Shown here: positions 25,976 to 35,209 of the stretch, in pieces
Layout: each line of letters starts with the position of its first letter
Position numbering within the stretch: the first letter of the stretch is position 1
Assembly: GCA_049521895.1 (NCBI GenBank)
Contig: JBEKOJ010000001.1
Coordinates: 226,717 to 290,716 of the forward strand
Direction: 5' to 3'
Origin: Candidatus Saccharimonadales bacterium
GTDB lineage: Bacteria > Patescibacteriota > Saccharimonadia > Saccharimonadales > UBA10212
Length of the DNA: 64,000 nt
Made by a program: the position numbers and the translations under genes
Notes under the pieces: model-generated
The model's database searches: none
The model's input: the letters and a program-made list of their open reading frames with translations, nothing else
What the model was told of the DNA's origin: nothing

Positions 25976-26096
25976 AATGAACAAATGCGACAAATGAACA
26001 ATGTTCAATGAATGCTTGAAATGCTATTAATGCATTAAGTTATTGCTGTATCGACTATTCATTCGTCCATTAGTCCATTCGTCCATTGAACATCAT
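25976..26096. repeat. octamer-type tandem repeats forming an imperfect inverted repeat
   Basis: (AAATGAAC/AAATGCGAC)n on the left faces (GTCCATTN)n on the right, with ATGTTCAATG / CATTGAACAT pairing. The mismatches become G.U pairs on the minus strand. Confidence 0.4.
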
Positions 26097-26099
26097 AAA

Positions 26100-26117
26100 T
26101 ACTTAACTTGCTAAGTA
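26100..26117. repeat. iterated palindrome copy (TACTTAAC-TT-GCTAAGTA)
   Basis: One mismatch. Flanking AAA/TTT extends the arms. The copy directly abuts the dnaE stop codon and may double as a weak terminator. Confidence 0.6.
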
Positions 26118-26120
26118 TTT

Positions 26121-29100
26121 TTACCTCACTACTACATTAGTAGAACCGAAGATGTCCGCCAAAGCTCTAAGGCTAGACTCGTTAATACTGATAGTCTGCG
26201 GCAATTTTATGACTTGCTTAGCGGACGGTGCTCCAGTCACCAGAACAACCTCAGTCTCCCCTCTATGATCGTCGAGTTTTTCTTTTAGCGTTAGTAACAA
26301 TGATTGGTTAGCGCTGTTTTCTAACCTTATGTAAAGTCGCTGTTTGGATATAGGCGGCTCGTATTGGCTTGCTTGGGTTTCTTCTGGCGGGGGTATATTC
26401 TTGCTGCTCGGCTGAAACTCCGAGGCTTCTTTGATGGATACTAGTTGGATTTCATCGGCGAGTAATTTTAGCTCACTATCGTCGCGCGACCCGCGCCCAC
26501 CGCCCAGCTTGCCTTTGACTATGACTACTTGGTCGCGCTGGAGCGGCTCAGTCAAAGTTTGATAAGCCCTAGGAAAAACCACCACTTCGATTTCGCCAGA
26601 TTTGTCGGCAATACTGATAAATGCCATTTTAGCGCCGTTTCTGGTAACAATGTCGCGCAAGCTGACAATTGATCCGCCAAGTGCCAGGCTACGGCCGTCC
26701 ATCTCCGGTGTAATAAACGATATAGGCGCAGTTCTTTCCGCCAAAAGGGCCTCGTAAGCTTCAAGCGGGTGATGGCTGAGATATAGCCCAAGTAGCTCTC
26801 TCTCCCAATTCAGCTGTTCTGCCTGCGGGTATTCAGCTGCGCTCTTATCAAGCACCAGTTTGACAGCCAGATTCTGGTTATCGCTATCTTCGCTAAATAA
26901 ATCTACCTGGCCGGAGCTGGCGTCTTTTTGCAAACGCGACGCAAAAGCTTGCATATTTTCTATGTTATCGAACATCTGCCCGCGTTCGCCAAAGCCGTCA
27001 AGCGCACCGGCTTTAATCAAGCTTTCGAGGGCTTTACGGTTAACGATATGGGCGCTGACTGTGCGTAAGAAGTCTTCTAGTTTTTCAAACTTCCCCCCAA
27101 GTACTTCACGGGCACGTAAAATTTCTTCTACAGCTCCATGCCCGACATTTTTTACAGCATCTAGACCAAAACGGATCTGATTTTTCCCTGGAACAATACC
27201 AAATTCATGGAAAGATTGATTAACATCCGGCGACAAGACTTCAATGCCCATATTCTTGCATTCGGTAATTTCAATAGCCAAGCGATCAGTATTATCGTAA
27301 TCGCTAGTCATTAGCGCCGCCATGTAAGCTGCCGGATAATTGGCCTTGAGATAAGCTGTCTGATAAGCAATCAAGCCATAGCAGGCTGAGTGCACCTTGT
27401 TAAAACAGTAGGCGGCGAATTCTTCCAATTGCGTCCAGAACTTCTCCATGGCTATGCGGTCAGCTCCGGAATGTTTAATAGCTCCATCTATAAATTCTTT
27501 TTTCATCTTGGCTAGAACCTCAGGGATTTTCTTGGCTATACCTTTGCGCAAGGTATCGGCCTGGCCGCCGGAGAAACCACAGAGGTCTTTGCTGATTTGC
27601 ATAACCTGCTCTTGGTAAACAATTACACCATAAGTATTCTCCAAGGCGTTTTTCATGACAGGATGCAGATACTCGATTTTTCTAAGGCCGTGCTTGCGAG
27701 CTATAAAATCGTCGATCCATTGTATTGGCCCTGGGCGGTATAGCGCGACCATGGCTACGATGTCTTCGAAAACCGTCGGTTTGAGTTGCTTGAGGTAGCG
27801 GCGCATGCCAGCCGATTCCAGCTGGAAAACACCGGTGGTTTCACCTTTTTGCAACAGTTCAAAGGTCTTTCTATCGTCCAGTGCGATCTCAGCGATGTCG
27901 ATATCCTTTTTATAGACCTTTTTAATAATCCGCAGGGCATTTTTAATAGTTGTAAGGTTGGATAGCCCTAAAAAGTCCATTTTAAGCAACCCCAATTCTT
28001 CTATCGGCCCCATGGAATACTGGGTTGCGATAACACCTTTCTGGGCCATTTCAAGCGGTACAAATTTGACAATATCGTCTGGTGCAATAACTACACCAGC
28101 AGCATGCACACCATGGCTGCGGATTGTTCCTTCCAACTTTGTGGCCAAGTCAAATACACGGGCCGATTGCTGGTTAGTTTCGTTCTCGACTTTGAGTTCC
28201 GGAACCTGTTTTAAGTGCACCTTTAGCGGCGTATGGCGGCCCTGCACTGGCGGCGGGATCATTTTGGCCAAGCGATCAGCTTCTGCATAAGGCACTTGTA
28301 ATACGCGCGCCACATCGCGCACCGAGTTACGCGCCGCCATGCGCCCAAAGGTCACAATGTTGGCAACCCTGTCGCGACCATATTTTTCAACGCAATAATT
28401 TATGACTTCGTCACGTCTGGAGTCCTGGATATCTATGTCCATGTCCGGCATACTGATGCGGTCAGGGTTAAGGAATCGCTCAAACAACAAGTCGTAGCTT
28501 AGCGGATCGATCTCAGTAATACGCAAGCTGTAGGCCATAATGGAACTGGCCGCGCTACCCCGGCCGGGGCCAAACACGATTCCCCTGTCTTTACCCCAAT
28601 TGATAAAATCGGCTACGATCAGAAAATAGCCATTAAATTCCATCTTGTCCACAATACCCAGCTCATAGTTGGCGCGGGTAATCACATCACCACGGAGAGT
28701 TTTCTTGGCTTGGTTAATGGTTAGCTGATCTGCTTGGGCGCGACTCCTACCACCGTAGCGCCAGGCTAAACCTTGCCAGACTTTTTTTTCTAACAGGCTC
28801 TTCTCGGTCTCGTTTTTGGGTGTGGGAAATTTAGGGATTAAGATCTTACCTAACTCAATTTCAACTTTGCAACGCTTGGCTATAGTCTTGGTATTGGTAA
28901 TCAACTCCGGATGGTCCGGCCCCCAGCGTTTAACTATATCTTTGGGGTCCGCTACGTAGAGTTCGAAGTCTTTGAGGCTGAAGCGATTCTCGTCAGATAA
29001 GAAGGCGCCTGTTTGTACGCATAACAAAATCTCATGGGCTTCTTGATCCTCGTGCTTTAAATAGTGGGCATCGCATGTAACCACCGCCGGTATATTAAGT

Positions 29101-29732
29101 TCTTTGGCAAGTTTCAGTAGCTGGTTATTCACTTTATTTTGTTCATCCCAAGCAGTCGGGTGTGCTGGATGTCCATGATCCTGGAGCTCTATATAATAAC
29201 GGTCAGCGAAGATTTTCTTGTACCACTCAGCAATTTTTTTGGCTTGCTCGTATTGGTCCTGCCTTAGTGCGTCACTGACTTCGCCACCGATACAACCGCT
29301 CAAGATGATAATTCCTTCGTTATATTTTTCTATTAATTGATGGTCAATTCTAGGCCGGTAATAAAATCCCTCTAAGTTGGCGATCGTGTTGAGCCGCATC
29401 AGGTTTTGATAGCCCTTAGCGTTCATGGCCAGCATCGTCAAGTGGTAATACTGGCGGTCGTGGGTCGGATCTCTATCCGTATACTTTCTGGGGGCAATAT
29501 AAGCCTCCATGCCGATAATTGGTTTTATGCCCGCATCTTTGGCTTCTTCATAAAACTCGATGGCTCCGCTCATAGTGCCATGATCAGTTATGGCCACGCT
29601 ATCCATGTGCATTTCCTTGATACGTTCAATTAGCGCCGGTACCTTAGTCAAGCCATCCAAGAGCGAATACTGAGTATGGTTGTGCAGATGCACAAAGTCA
29701 GACGGTTTAAGTTGTGCCCCCAGCTTTGCCAT
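26121..29732 (-). CDS. dnaE: DNA polymerase III alpha subunit DnaE
   Basis: 1203 aa with a PHP domain (FVHLHNHTQYSLLDG), the palm/fingers motif GRGSAASS, an HhH element and an OB fold. Confidence 0.95.
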   Translation of the reverse strand: MAKLGAQLKPSDFVHLHNHTQYSLLDGLTKVPALIERIKEMHMDSVAITDHGTMSGAIEFYEEAKDAGIKPIIGMEAYIAPRKYTDRDPTHDRQYYHLTMLAMNAKGYQNLMRLNTIANLEGFYYRPRIDHQLIEKYNEGIIILSGCIGGEVSDALRQDQYEQAKKIAEWYKKIFADRYYIELQDHGHPAHPTAWDEQNKVNNQLLKLAKELNIPAVVTCDAHYLKHEDQEAHEILLCVQTGAFLSDENRFSLKDFELYVADPKDIVKRWGPDHPELITNTKTIAKRCKVEIELGKILIPKFPTPKNETEKSLLEKKVWQGLAWRYGGRSRAQADQLTINQAKKTLRGDVITRANYELGIVDKMEFNGYFLIVADFINWGKDRGIVFGPGRGSAASSIMAYSLRITEIDPLSYDLLFERFLNPDRISMPDMDIDIQDSRRDEVINYCVEKYGRDRVANIVTFGRMAARNSVRDVARVLQVPYAEADRLAKMIPPPVQGRHTPLKVHLKQVPELKVENETNQQSARVFDLATKLEGTIRSHGVHAAGVVIAPDDIVKFVPLEMAQKGVIATQYSMGPIEELGLLKMDFLGLSNLTTIKNALRIIKKVYKKDIDIAEIALDDRKTFELLQKGETTGVFQLESAGMRRYLKQLKPTVFEDIVAMVALYRPGPIQWIDDFIARKHGLRKIEYLHPVMKNALENTYGVIVYQEQVMQISKDLCGFSGGQADTLRKGIAKKIPEVLAKMKKEFIDGAIKHSGADRIAMEKFWTQLEEFAAYCFNKVHSACYGLIAYQTAYLKANYPAAYMAALMTSDYDNTDRLAIEITECKNMGIEVLSPDVNQSFHEFGIVPGKNQIRFGLDAVKNVGHGAVEEILRAREVLGGKFEKLEDFLRTVSAHIVNRKALESLIKAGALDGFGERGQMFDNIENMQAFASRLQKDASSGQVDLFSEDSDNQNLAVKLVLDKSAAEYPQAEQLNWERELLGLYLSHHPLEAYEALLAERTAPISFITPEMDGRSLALGGSIVSLRDIVTRNGAKMAFISIADKSGEIEVVVFPRAYQTLTEPLQRDQVVIVKGKLGGGRGSRDDSELKLLADEIQLVSIKEASEFQPSSKNIPPPEETQASQYEPPISKQRLYIRLENSANQSLLLTLKEKLDDHRGETEVVLVTGAPSAKQVIKLPQTISINESSLRALADIFGSTNVVVR

Positions 29733-29746
29733 TACTGTCTATTATA

Positions 29747-29777
29747 AATAGAACCGGCTTATTTTGCCGGTCCTATT
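29747..29777 (-). terminator. hairpin terminator between the YtxH-like gene and dnaE
   Basis: On the minus strand, AAUAGGACCGGC-AAAAUAA-GCCGGUUCUAUU is followed by UAUAAU. One pair is a G.U that exists only on the minus strand. Confidence 0.5.
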
Positions 29778-29797
29778 TTTACAACGGAAACGATAAA

Positions 29798-30205
29798 CTA
29801 CTTTTTCAGATATTTCCCAAGGCTTTTTTTAGCCAGCTTGGCCTGTTTAATGGCTCTATTAAGCTGCGGGTCTTCGGCTTCACCAGCTTTAACTGCCTTG
29901 AGCACTGATGAGGCTTTGTTTTGGGCATCTTTAGCCTTAACGACGGTCTCGTCGAACTCTTTCCTGGCCTGGGCGCCCAGCGCTACAGTTTTTTTCTTGG
30001 TCTCATTAATTAGCCCGTTCAAATCTTTATTTAAGTCTTGCAGCTGCTGTTCGGCGTTTTTCTTGACGTCTTCGGCCGTACCGGCTAGTTCCTGTCGGGT
30101 TGCCTTGCCGCTTTTTGGCGCTGTCAGAATTCCTGTGACATAGCCTACTGCTCCGGCTACAACAGTGCCCAGCGCCAGTTTCCGCCCGGTGTGTTCTTTA
30201 CTCAT
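29798..30205 (-). CDS. YtxH domain-containing protein
   Basis: The start was trimmed to MSKEHTGRK at 30205. The protein has an N-terminal TM segment (GTVVAGAVGYVTGILTAPKSG) followed by Lys/Glu/Ala-rich helices. Confidence 0.7.
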   Translation of the reverse strand: MSKEHTGRKLALGTVVAGAVGYVTGILTAPKSGKATRQELAGTAEDVKKNAEQQLQDLNKDLNGLINETKKKTVALGAQARKEFDETVVKAKDAQNKASSVLKAVKAGEAEDPQLNRAIKQAKLAKKSLGKYLKK

Positions 30206-30209
30206 ATGT

Positions 30210-30470
30210 TTATCCTTTCTTGCGGCGCATACGGTTGGCATGCTCCACGATGTTACCTACTAACCTCAAAACGGCCAGGGGTGTAGCAGTTTTTTCAAAT
30301 GCCGAAGCTGCAGACTCCATGGAATCGGCTACATTTTCGGCATGTCGGGTAATCTGCCGGATTTGTTTCATGATTTTTACCACGTAGACCAGCGCAAAGA
30401 TAAGCACCAACAAAAAGACCGCTAAAATCGCACTAACAATTATTAATAGTACTTCTGATGCTGTATTCAT
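30210..30470 (-). CDS. DUF948-like small membrane protein
   Basis: 86 aa with an N-terminal TM segment followed by a helical region. This is the usual partner found upstream of YtxH genes. Confidence 0.55.
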   Translation of the reverse strand: MNTASEVLLIIVSAILAVFLLVLIFALVYVVKIMKQIRQITRHAENVADSMESAASAFEKTATPLAVLRLVGNIVEHANRMRRKKG

Positions 30471-30517
30471 GTTTTCAGTATACGCTCAGAGGTTGAAGAG
30501 TTGCAACCACCAGCAGT

Positions 30518-31948
30518 TTATATGCCTAGCTGTTTTTTGATGATTTGCTGGGCCAGGCCCGGGTTGGCTTTGCCTTGGCTTTTGGCCATGACTTGGCCGA
30601 CCAAAAAGCCGATAGCTTTAGTTTGCCCGGCTTTAACGTCTGCTGCAACTTTAGAGTTTTCTTTGATGGCTTCTGCCACAATTTTTTCTATTTCGCTTTC
30701 GTCCGAAACTTGCAGCAGATTTTTAAATTCTCTTGGGTCTCGCGAATCTTTTATCGAGGACACTATAGCTATTGTAGCGTTGGTTGAACTAAGCAAATTA
30801 TCCGATAGCATTCCTGATACTGTAGTAAAGTAGCTTTTAGCTAAATCGCTCAAGGCTTGTTCGCGCGTTAAGACTCCGCTGACTGTGGCATTTTGGATCG
30901 GGCCAGTCCACCACTTTGCCGTGTCGCTGGCATCCTTTAGATTTCCTTCAGCTATTTTTTCTAGAATAAGCTTTGTGCCGTCGACGTCCTCAATCAAGCT
31001 CTCGAGCTGAGCTTTACCCATATCTAGTCTGGCAAGTTCTGAGCGAATTGCAGTCGGTAGTTTAGGTAAATCTTTTTTGAATTTGGCAATATCTGCATTC
31101 GTCAGTCCAATCGGCGGAATGTCCGGTTCGGGCATGTAGCGATAATCGTGAGCCTCTTCTTTTTCACGCTGGCCGGTGGTTTTTTGCTTGGCCTCGTCCC
31201 AGCCGCGTGTTTCTTGGACTACTGTCCCGCCTTTTTCCAGCAGCTCAATTTGCCGTTCAATCTCGTAAGCAACCGCGCCCTCGACACTGCGGAAGCTATT
31301 CAGGTTTTTTATCTCACTGCGTGTGCCTAGCTTGTTCGGATTCTGGCTGACGCTGATATTCACATCAAATCGGACATGCCCGTGGTACATATCGCCCTCG
31401 GTAACATCGGCGTATTTCATCAACAGCCACATTTCTCGGGCAAAGGCTTTAGCCTCAGTCGCGTTGTGGATCTCAGGTTTGCTAACAATTTCCAGAAGCG
31501 GCGTACCAGCCCGGTTGAGGTCTACCAACGAATAATCCGCACCAGCTGGGTGGATATTCTTACCGGCATCTTCTTCCAAGTTAACGCGCTCAATACCGAC
31601 ACGTATCTGCCGACTGTTTACCGGCACATCAACGTAACCGCCGATGATGATCGGCTGTTCGTACTGGGTAATTTGGTAGCCTTTGGGCAAATCAGGATAG
31701 AAGTAGTGTTTGCGGTCAAATTTGCTGAAAGTTTGCGGTTTGGTATTCAGGGCAAAGGCCGCGCGCGCGGCCAGCTCCAGGGCTTTTTTATTCAAAAACG
31801 GTAATGCTCCTGGCAGGCCAACGCAAATGTGGCTGATTAAGGTATTCGGCGGGGCTTCACGGGCATCGTTGTTAACAGCTGCGAATAGCTTGGTTCTGGT
31901 TTTTAGCTGCACATGACATTCGATACCGATAGTCGGAATGTATTTCAT
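30518..31948 (-). CDS. gatB: Asp/Glu-tRNA(Asn/Gln) amidotransferase subunit B
   Basis: 476 aa starting with IGIECHVQL, with a YqeY-like C-terminus. GGAGGG lies upstream. Confidence 0.95.
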   Translation of the reverse strand: MKYIPTIGIECHVQLKTRTKLFAAVNNDAREAPPNTLISHICVGLPGALPFLNKKALELAARAAFALNTKPQTFSKFDRKHYFYPDLPKGYQITQYEQPIIIGGYVDVPVNSRQIRVGIERVNLEEDAGKNIHPAGADYSLVDLNRAGTPLLEIVSKPEIHNATEAKAFAREMWLLMKYADVTEGDMYHGHVRFDVNISVSQNPNKLGTRSEIKNLNSFRSVEGAVAYEIERQIELLEKGGTVVQETRGWDEAKQKTTGQREKEEAHDYRYMPEPDIPPIGLTNADIAKFKKDLPKLPTAIRSELARLDMGKAQLESLIEDVDGTKLILEKIAEGNLKDASDTAKWWTGPIQNATVSGVLTREQALSDLAKSYFTTVSGMLSDNLLSSTNATIAIVSSIKDSRDPREFKNLLQVSDESEIEKIVAEAIKENSKVAADVKAGQTKAIGFLVGQVMAKSQGKANPGLAQQIIKKQLGI

Positions 31949-31958
31949 ACATCCCTCC

Positions 31959-32042
31959 AGTTTGTAGTTTGTAGTTTGTAGTTTGTAGTAGAAAAAGCAA
32001 AAAGATTACAACTGTAAACTGTAAACTGTAAACTGTAAACTG
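31959..32042. repeat. heptamer tandem repeats (AGTTTGT)x4 ... (ACTGTAA)x4
   Basis: Block 31959-31988 and block 32011-32042 are separated by 22 nt. On the plus strand the two blocks can pair using 5 Watson-Crick and 2 G.U pairs per heptad. Confidence 0.7.
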
Positions 32043-32045
32043 TTC

Positions 32046-32456
32046 TCATAGTGCTCCCAAATCTCTTAGAGCTTGGCGAAAACCAGTTAATGCATCCTGA
32101 GCTTCACGCTTTTTGAGTTGTACGTTGGGTTCGTGTACCAACCGGTTGCGTAGTTTGTGCGCATACCAAACATTGTCGTTGTTAGAAAGTGTCCGTTGGG
32201 CCGAAACCAATCGCTCCCCCATGGTTTTACCGCCAAAATGCAGCTTTCTTAATGCTTCATCAACCAGTTTATCGGCGTCAATCACAGCCAGTGTCATGCC
32301 GTCATCAGATGTCTTGACTCGGGCGAGTATTTCGAGCCACTGCTTCTGGAAGTGCTCGTGATTAAGCCGGCGCCTGGGCTTAGGGGCAAAACGGCCAATC
32401 AAAAAAAGTACGACAATGCCAAAAATTATCGCCAGGATCAGTAATACGCTGATCAT
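32046..32456 (-). CDS. membrane-anchored protein with a HEPN-like Rx4H motif
   Basis: 136 aa with an N-terminal TM segment. The C-terminal helical domain ends in WYAHKLRNRLVHE. An ATGA overlap with the gatA stop places it inside the gat operon. Confidence 0.55.
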   Translation of the reverse strand: MISVLLILAIIFGIVVLFLIGRFAPKPRRRLNHEHFQKQWLEILARVKTSDDGMTLAVIDADKLVDEALRKLHFGGKTMGERLVSAQRTLSNNDNVWYAHKLRNRLVHEPNVQLKKREAQDALTGFRQALRDLGAL

Positions 32457-33877
32457 TGTGCAATCTCCTCAAAGGCTTTAGCGGCTCCCAGTAGCTGTCG
32501 GTCAGCACCTTGCGGAGCTATGATCTGCAGTCCGACAGGCAACTTACCGACCGACCCTGCCGGCACGCTAACGGCCGGATTGCCGGATATGTTAGCTGCC
32601 ACGGTCATGATATCGGCCAAGTACATTTGCAACGGATCGTGGGTTTTTTCGCCAATTTTAAAGGCCGGGGTAGGTGCTACCGGCCCAATCAAAAAATCTA
32701 CTTGCCCAAAGGCTTGTTTAAGCTCGTTGATGATCTTTGTCCTGACCGTTTGGGCCTTTTTATAATAAGCATCGTAATAGCCGCTGGACAGAACGTGCGT
32801 GCCGATCATAATCCGGCGTTTGGCCTCGGCGCCAAAGCCTTGCTCGCGGCTAAGCTCATAACTATCGGTGAGGCTCTTGGTGTCTGGGGCGCTGTATCCA
32901 TAACGCTGGCCGTCGTAGCGAGCCAGGTTGCTGCTGACCTCGGCCGGACAGATAATATAGTAAACTGCGAGGGAAAGCGGTATAGATGGGAGGCTGATTT
33001 GTTGAACTTCAGCGCCCGCGCTCTTTAATTTTTCTACAGCTTCACCGATAACTTGTCTGACGCCGGGATCCAATTGGTCGTTCATATATTCCTTAATCAA
33101 ACCAATTTTCTTGCTCTTTAGGTCTGCGGGCAACTTGGTGTAGACAGTTTTATCGCGGTCGATCATGGTGCCATCAAGCCCATCTTTACCGGCCATCACA
33201 TCAAACACCAAAGCGGCATCGTCTACTGTTCTAGCTAATGGGCCGATTACATCGGTGCTGGAGGCCATGGCTACAACCCCGCTACGGCTCACCAGACCAT
33301 AGGTCGGCTTATAACCAACCACACCGCAAAAGCTGGCCGGTTGGCGGATGGAGCCGCCGGTGTCTGTTCCCAGTGCAAACGGTGCCATTTTGAGAGCGAC
33401 AGCAGCGGCCGAGCCGCCGGAGCTGCCACCCGGCACCCGGGTTTTATCGTAAGGGTTTTTGGTAGTAAACCAGTCGCTATTTTCGGTGCTGGCGCCGTGG
33501 GCGAAGGCATCCATGTTGGCTTTAGCCACGCAAATCGCGCCCTCGGCCTCTAGCCGTTCAATGGCGGTAGCTTGGTACGGCGCTTCAAACGGGCGCAGAA
33601 TGTTGCTGGCAGCAGTAGTTCTGCCGCCAAAAGTCAAAAAATTGTCTTTGGCGATGAATGGTACGCCGGCCAATCTACCGACAGACTCGCCGCTTGCGAT
33701 TTTTTTATCAATATCCTCGGCTCGGGATAGCGCCCGATTTTCAAGCGTGGAGATAATAGCGTCGTATTCTTTTTTTGCCTCAATCGCAGCCAAAGATTGC
33801 TTGACCAGATTAACGGCTTTTAGCTCAGCCTTTTGCACGCGCATCGCAATATCAGCGATAGCTGGCCAGTCATCCAT
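32453..33877 (-). CDS. gatA: Glu-tRNA(Gln) amidotransferase subunit A
   Basis: 474 aa with the amidase signature GGSSGGSAAAVA. Confidence 0.95.
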   Translation of the reverse strand: MDDWPAIADIAMRVQKAELKAVNLVKQSLAAIEAKKEYDAIISTLENRALSRAEDIDKKIASGESVGRLAGVPFIAKDNFLTFGGRTTAASNILRPFEAPYQATAIERLEAEGAICVAKANMDAFAHGASTENSDWFTTKNPYDKTRVPGGSSGGSAAAVALKMAPFALGTDTGGSIRQPASFCGVVGYKPTYGLVSRSGVVAMASSTDVIGPLARTVDDAALVFDVMAGKDGLDGTMIDRDKTVYTKLPADLKSKKIGLIKEYMNDQLDPGVRQVIGEAVEKLKSAGAEVQQISLPSIPLSLAVYYIICPAEVSSNLARYDGQRYGYSAPDTKSLTDSYELSREQGFGAEAKRRIMIGTHVLSSGYYDAYYKKAQTVRTKIINELKQAFGQVDFLIGPVAPTPAFKIGEKTHDPLQMYLADIMTVAANISGNPAVSVPAGSVGKLPVGLQIIAPQGADRQLLGAAKAFEEIAQ

Positions 33878-33879
33878 TG

Positions 33880-34170
33880 CTATAGGACCTTTTTTACTTT
33901 AAATTGCCCGTCTTGCACGGCGGGGGCGTTTTTTAGTAAATCCAAGCTTTTGTAGCCGTAATCCCGTATCTGATCCTGGCGCGTAACGTTTTTCAGCCCA
34001 GTCACCTGGTAGGTTGGCTGAAGTCCTTTGGTATCGGCTTTGTCGAGTACCTCTACATAACCTAAGATGTTAGATAGCTCTTCGCGGAAACGCTCGACTT
34101 CCTCGTTTGATAACTTCAACCGGTTCAAACGAGCCAGTTTTAAGACGTCGTCCCTGGAGAGTTTACTCAT
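33880..34170 (-). CDS. gatC: Asp/Glu-tRNA amidotransferase subunit C
   Basis: About 96 aa from MSKLSRDDVLKLARL, matching the GatC pattern. The start was trimmed from the tracked 34185. Confidence 0.9.
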   Translation of the reverse strand: MSKLSRDDVLKLARLNRLKLSNEEVERFREELSNILGYVEVLDKADTKGLQPTYQVTGLKNVTRQDQIRDYGYKSLDLLKNAPAVQDGQFKVKKVL

Positions 34171-34216
34171 ACTTCTGACAATCAAGTATAGCAGACCCTT
34201 AACAGATAGAAAGCGA

Positions 34217-34245
34217 TTGACAAAGCGCTTTTGTTATTATAAGAT
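34217..34245 (+). promoter_or_regulatory. putative promoter TTGACA-N17-TAAGAT
   Basis: A perfect -35 hexamer sits in AT-rich host-like sequence about 110 nt upstream of the island-2 operon. Confidence 0.4.
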
Positions 34246-34357
34246 GCTAGCAACCATGAAGTAACGTCCCGACTAGGAGGTTGTTTTATTGGCGTTCTTT
34301 TAGCAGAGTAGTTCAGTGTACGTGTAAACGACTACGAAAATGAGGAGATCTGACCAA

Positions 34358-34702
34358 ATGACGCAGGTATGGGACGTCGAAATTGATGGTCGACACATCA
34401 GAGTCAACACCGGTCGCTGCGAGATCAGCCGCATCCAAGGAACGGTCACCTTCCGAGACGGCGATCTCCGGGGCGAACGATGTTGCAACGAGGAGTCGAT
34501 CTTCGCGGCCGAGCTTGGCGATCGGGGAGAAAGAATCGTCACCACGCTGGGGCCACTCGCTCCCAGAACAAGCGTGCTGATCGCACGCAACAGCTTCAAG
34601 TTGTGCCTGCCCAACGAGGACGAGAGGATGATCGAAAGGGCGAAGACGCTCATCGACGGCCTCGAGGTTGCAATGATCCCCCAGATCGCGGCGGTCGCAT
34701 GA
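34358..34702 (+). CDS. GC-rich ORFan protein A (island 2)
   Basis: 114 aa starting from MTQVWDVEIDG, with GAGGAG 9 nt upstream. High GC3. Spurious ORFs overlap in several frames. Confidence 0.6.
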   Translation: MTQVWDVEIDGRHIRVNTGRCEISRIQGTVTFRDGDLRGERCCNEESIFAAELGDRGERIVTTLGPLAPRTSVLIARNSFKLCLPNEDERMIERAKTLIDGLEVAMIPQIAAVA

Positions 34703-34703
34703 G

Positions 34704-35036
34704 ATGTCCGACACCCTTCAAACAGAACGTTTGAGCTCTTCGCTCTGGCGCACCTGGGCACCACCGGACGTCGAGCTCAGCGACAGCTATCTCGTGATCC
34801 ACTTCGACGCGAGTGGAGATCCGCAACCAGTCCTACATACGGGCGGGCTGCGCACCGACAAGATCTCACTTACCGACGTCGGCAAAGCTGTACTGGATGC
34901 TGTCCACAACATCCGGGGTATCCCGATGGTTGGCATCTCGTGCCGGTTCGTGGATCTGTGCTTCACTGAATCCTGTCTCAGGGGAAGACCGGCACCTCTC
35001 GATACCGCCGAACAAGCACTGGCAAGCATCCTCTGA
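34704..35036 (+). CDS. GC-rich ORFan protein B (island 2)
   Basis: 110 aa. The start lies 1 nt after the stop of protein A (ATGAGATG). A strong terminator follows. Confidence 0.6.
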   Translation: MSDTLQTERLSSSLWRTWAPPDVELSDSYLVIHFDASGDPQPVLHTGGLRTDKISLTDVGKAVLDAVHNIRGIPMVGISCRFVDLCFTESCLRGRPAPLDTAEQALASIL

Positions 35037-35051
35037 TTCGCTCATGGAAAC

Positions 35052-35095
35052 GGAGAAACCGGCTGGCACATGCAGGCCGGTTTCTCCAGCGTTTT
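35052..35095 (+). terminator. rho-independent terminator
   Basis: GGAGAAACCGGCUG-GCACAUG-CAGCCGGUUUCUCC is followed by AGCGUUUU. Confidence 0.75.
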
Positions 35096-35209
35096 AGCGA
35101 GATTAAGGCTGTATAAAGCAGCTTTGGTCAATAGCCGCAACCGCACGGGCAATTACTACTCTGCCCTTCAACCAAGCAGTTTTTAATAAAGACTTTTCGG
35201 CAGAAGGTT

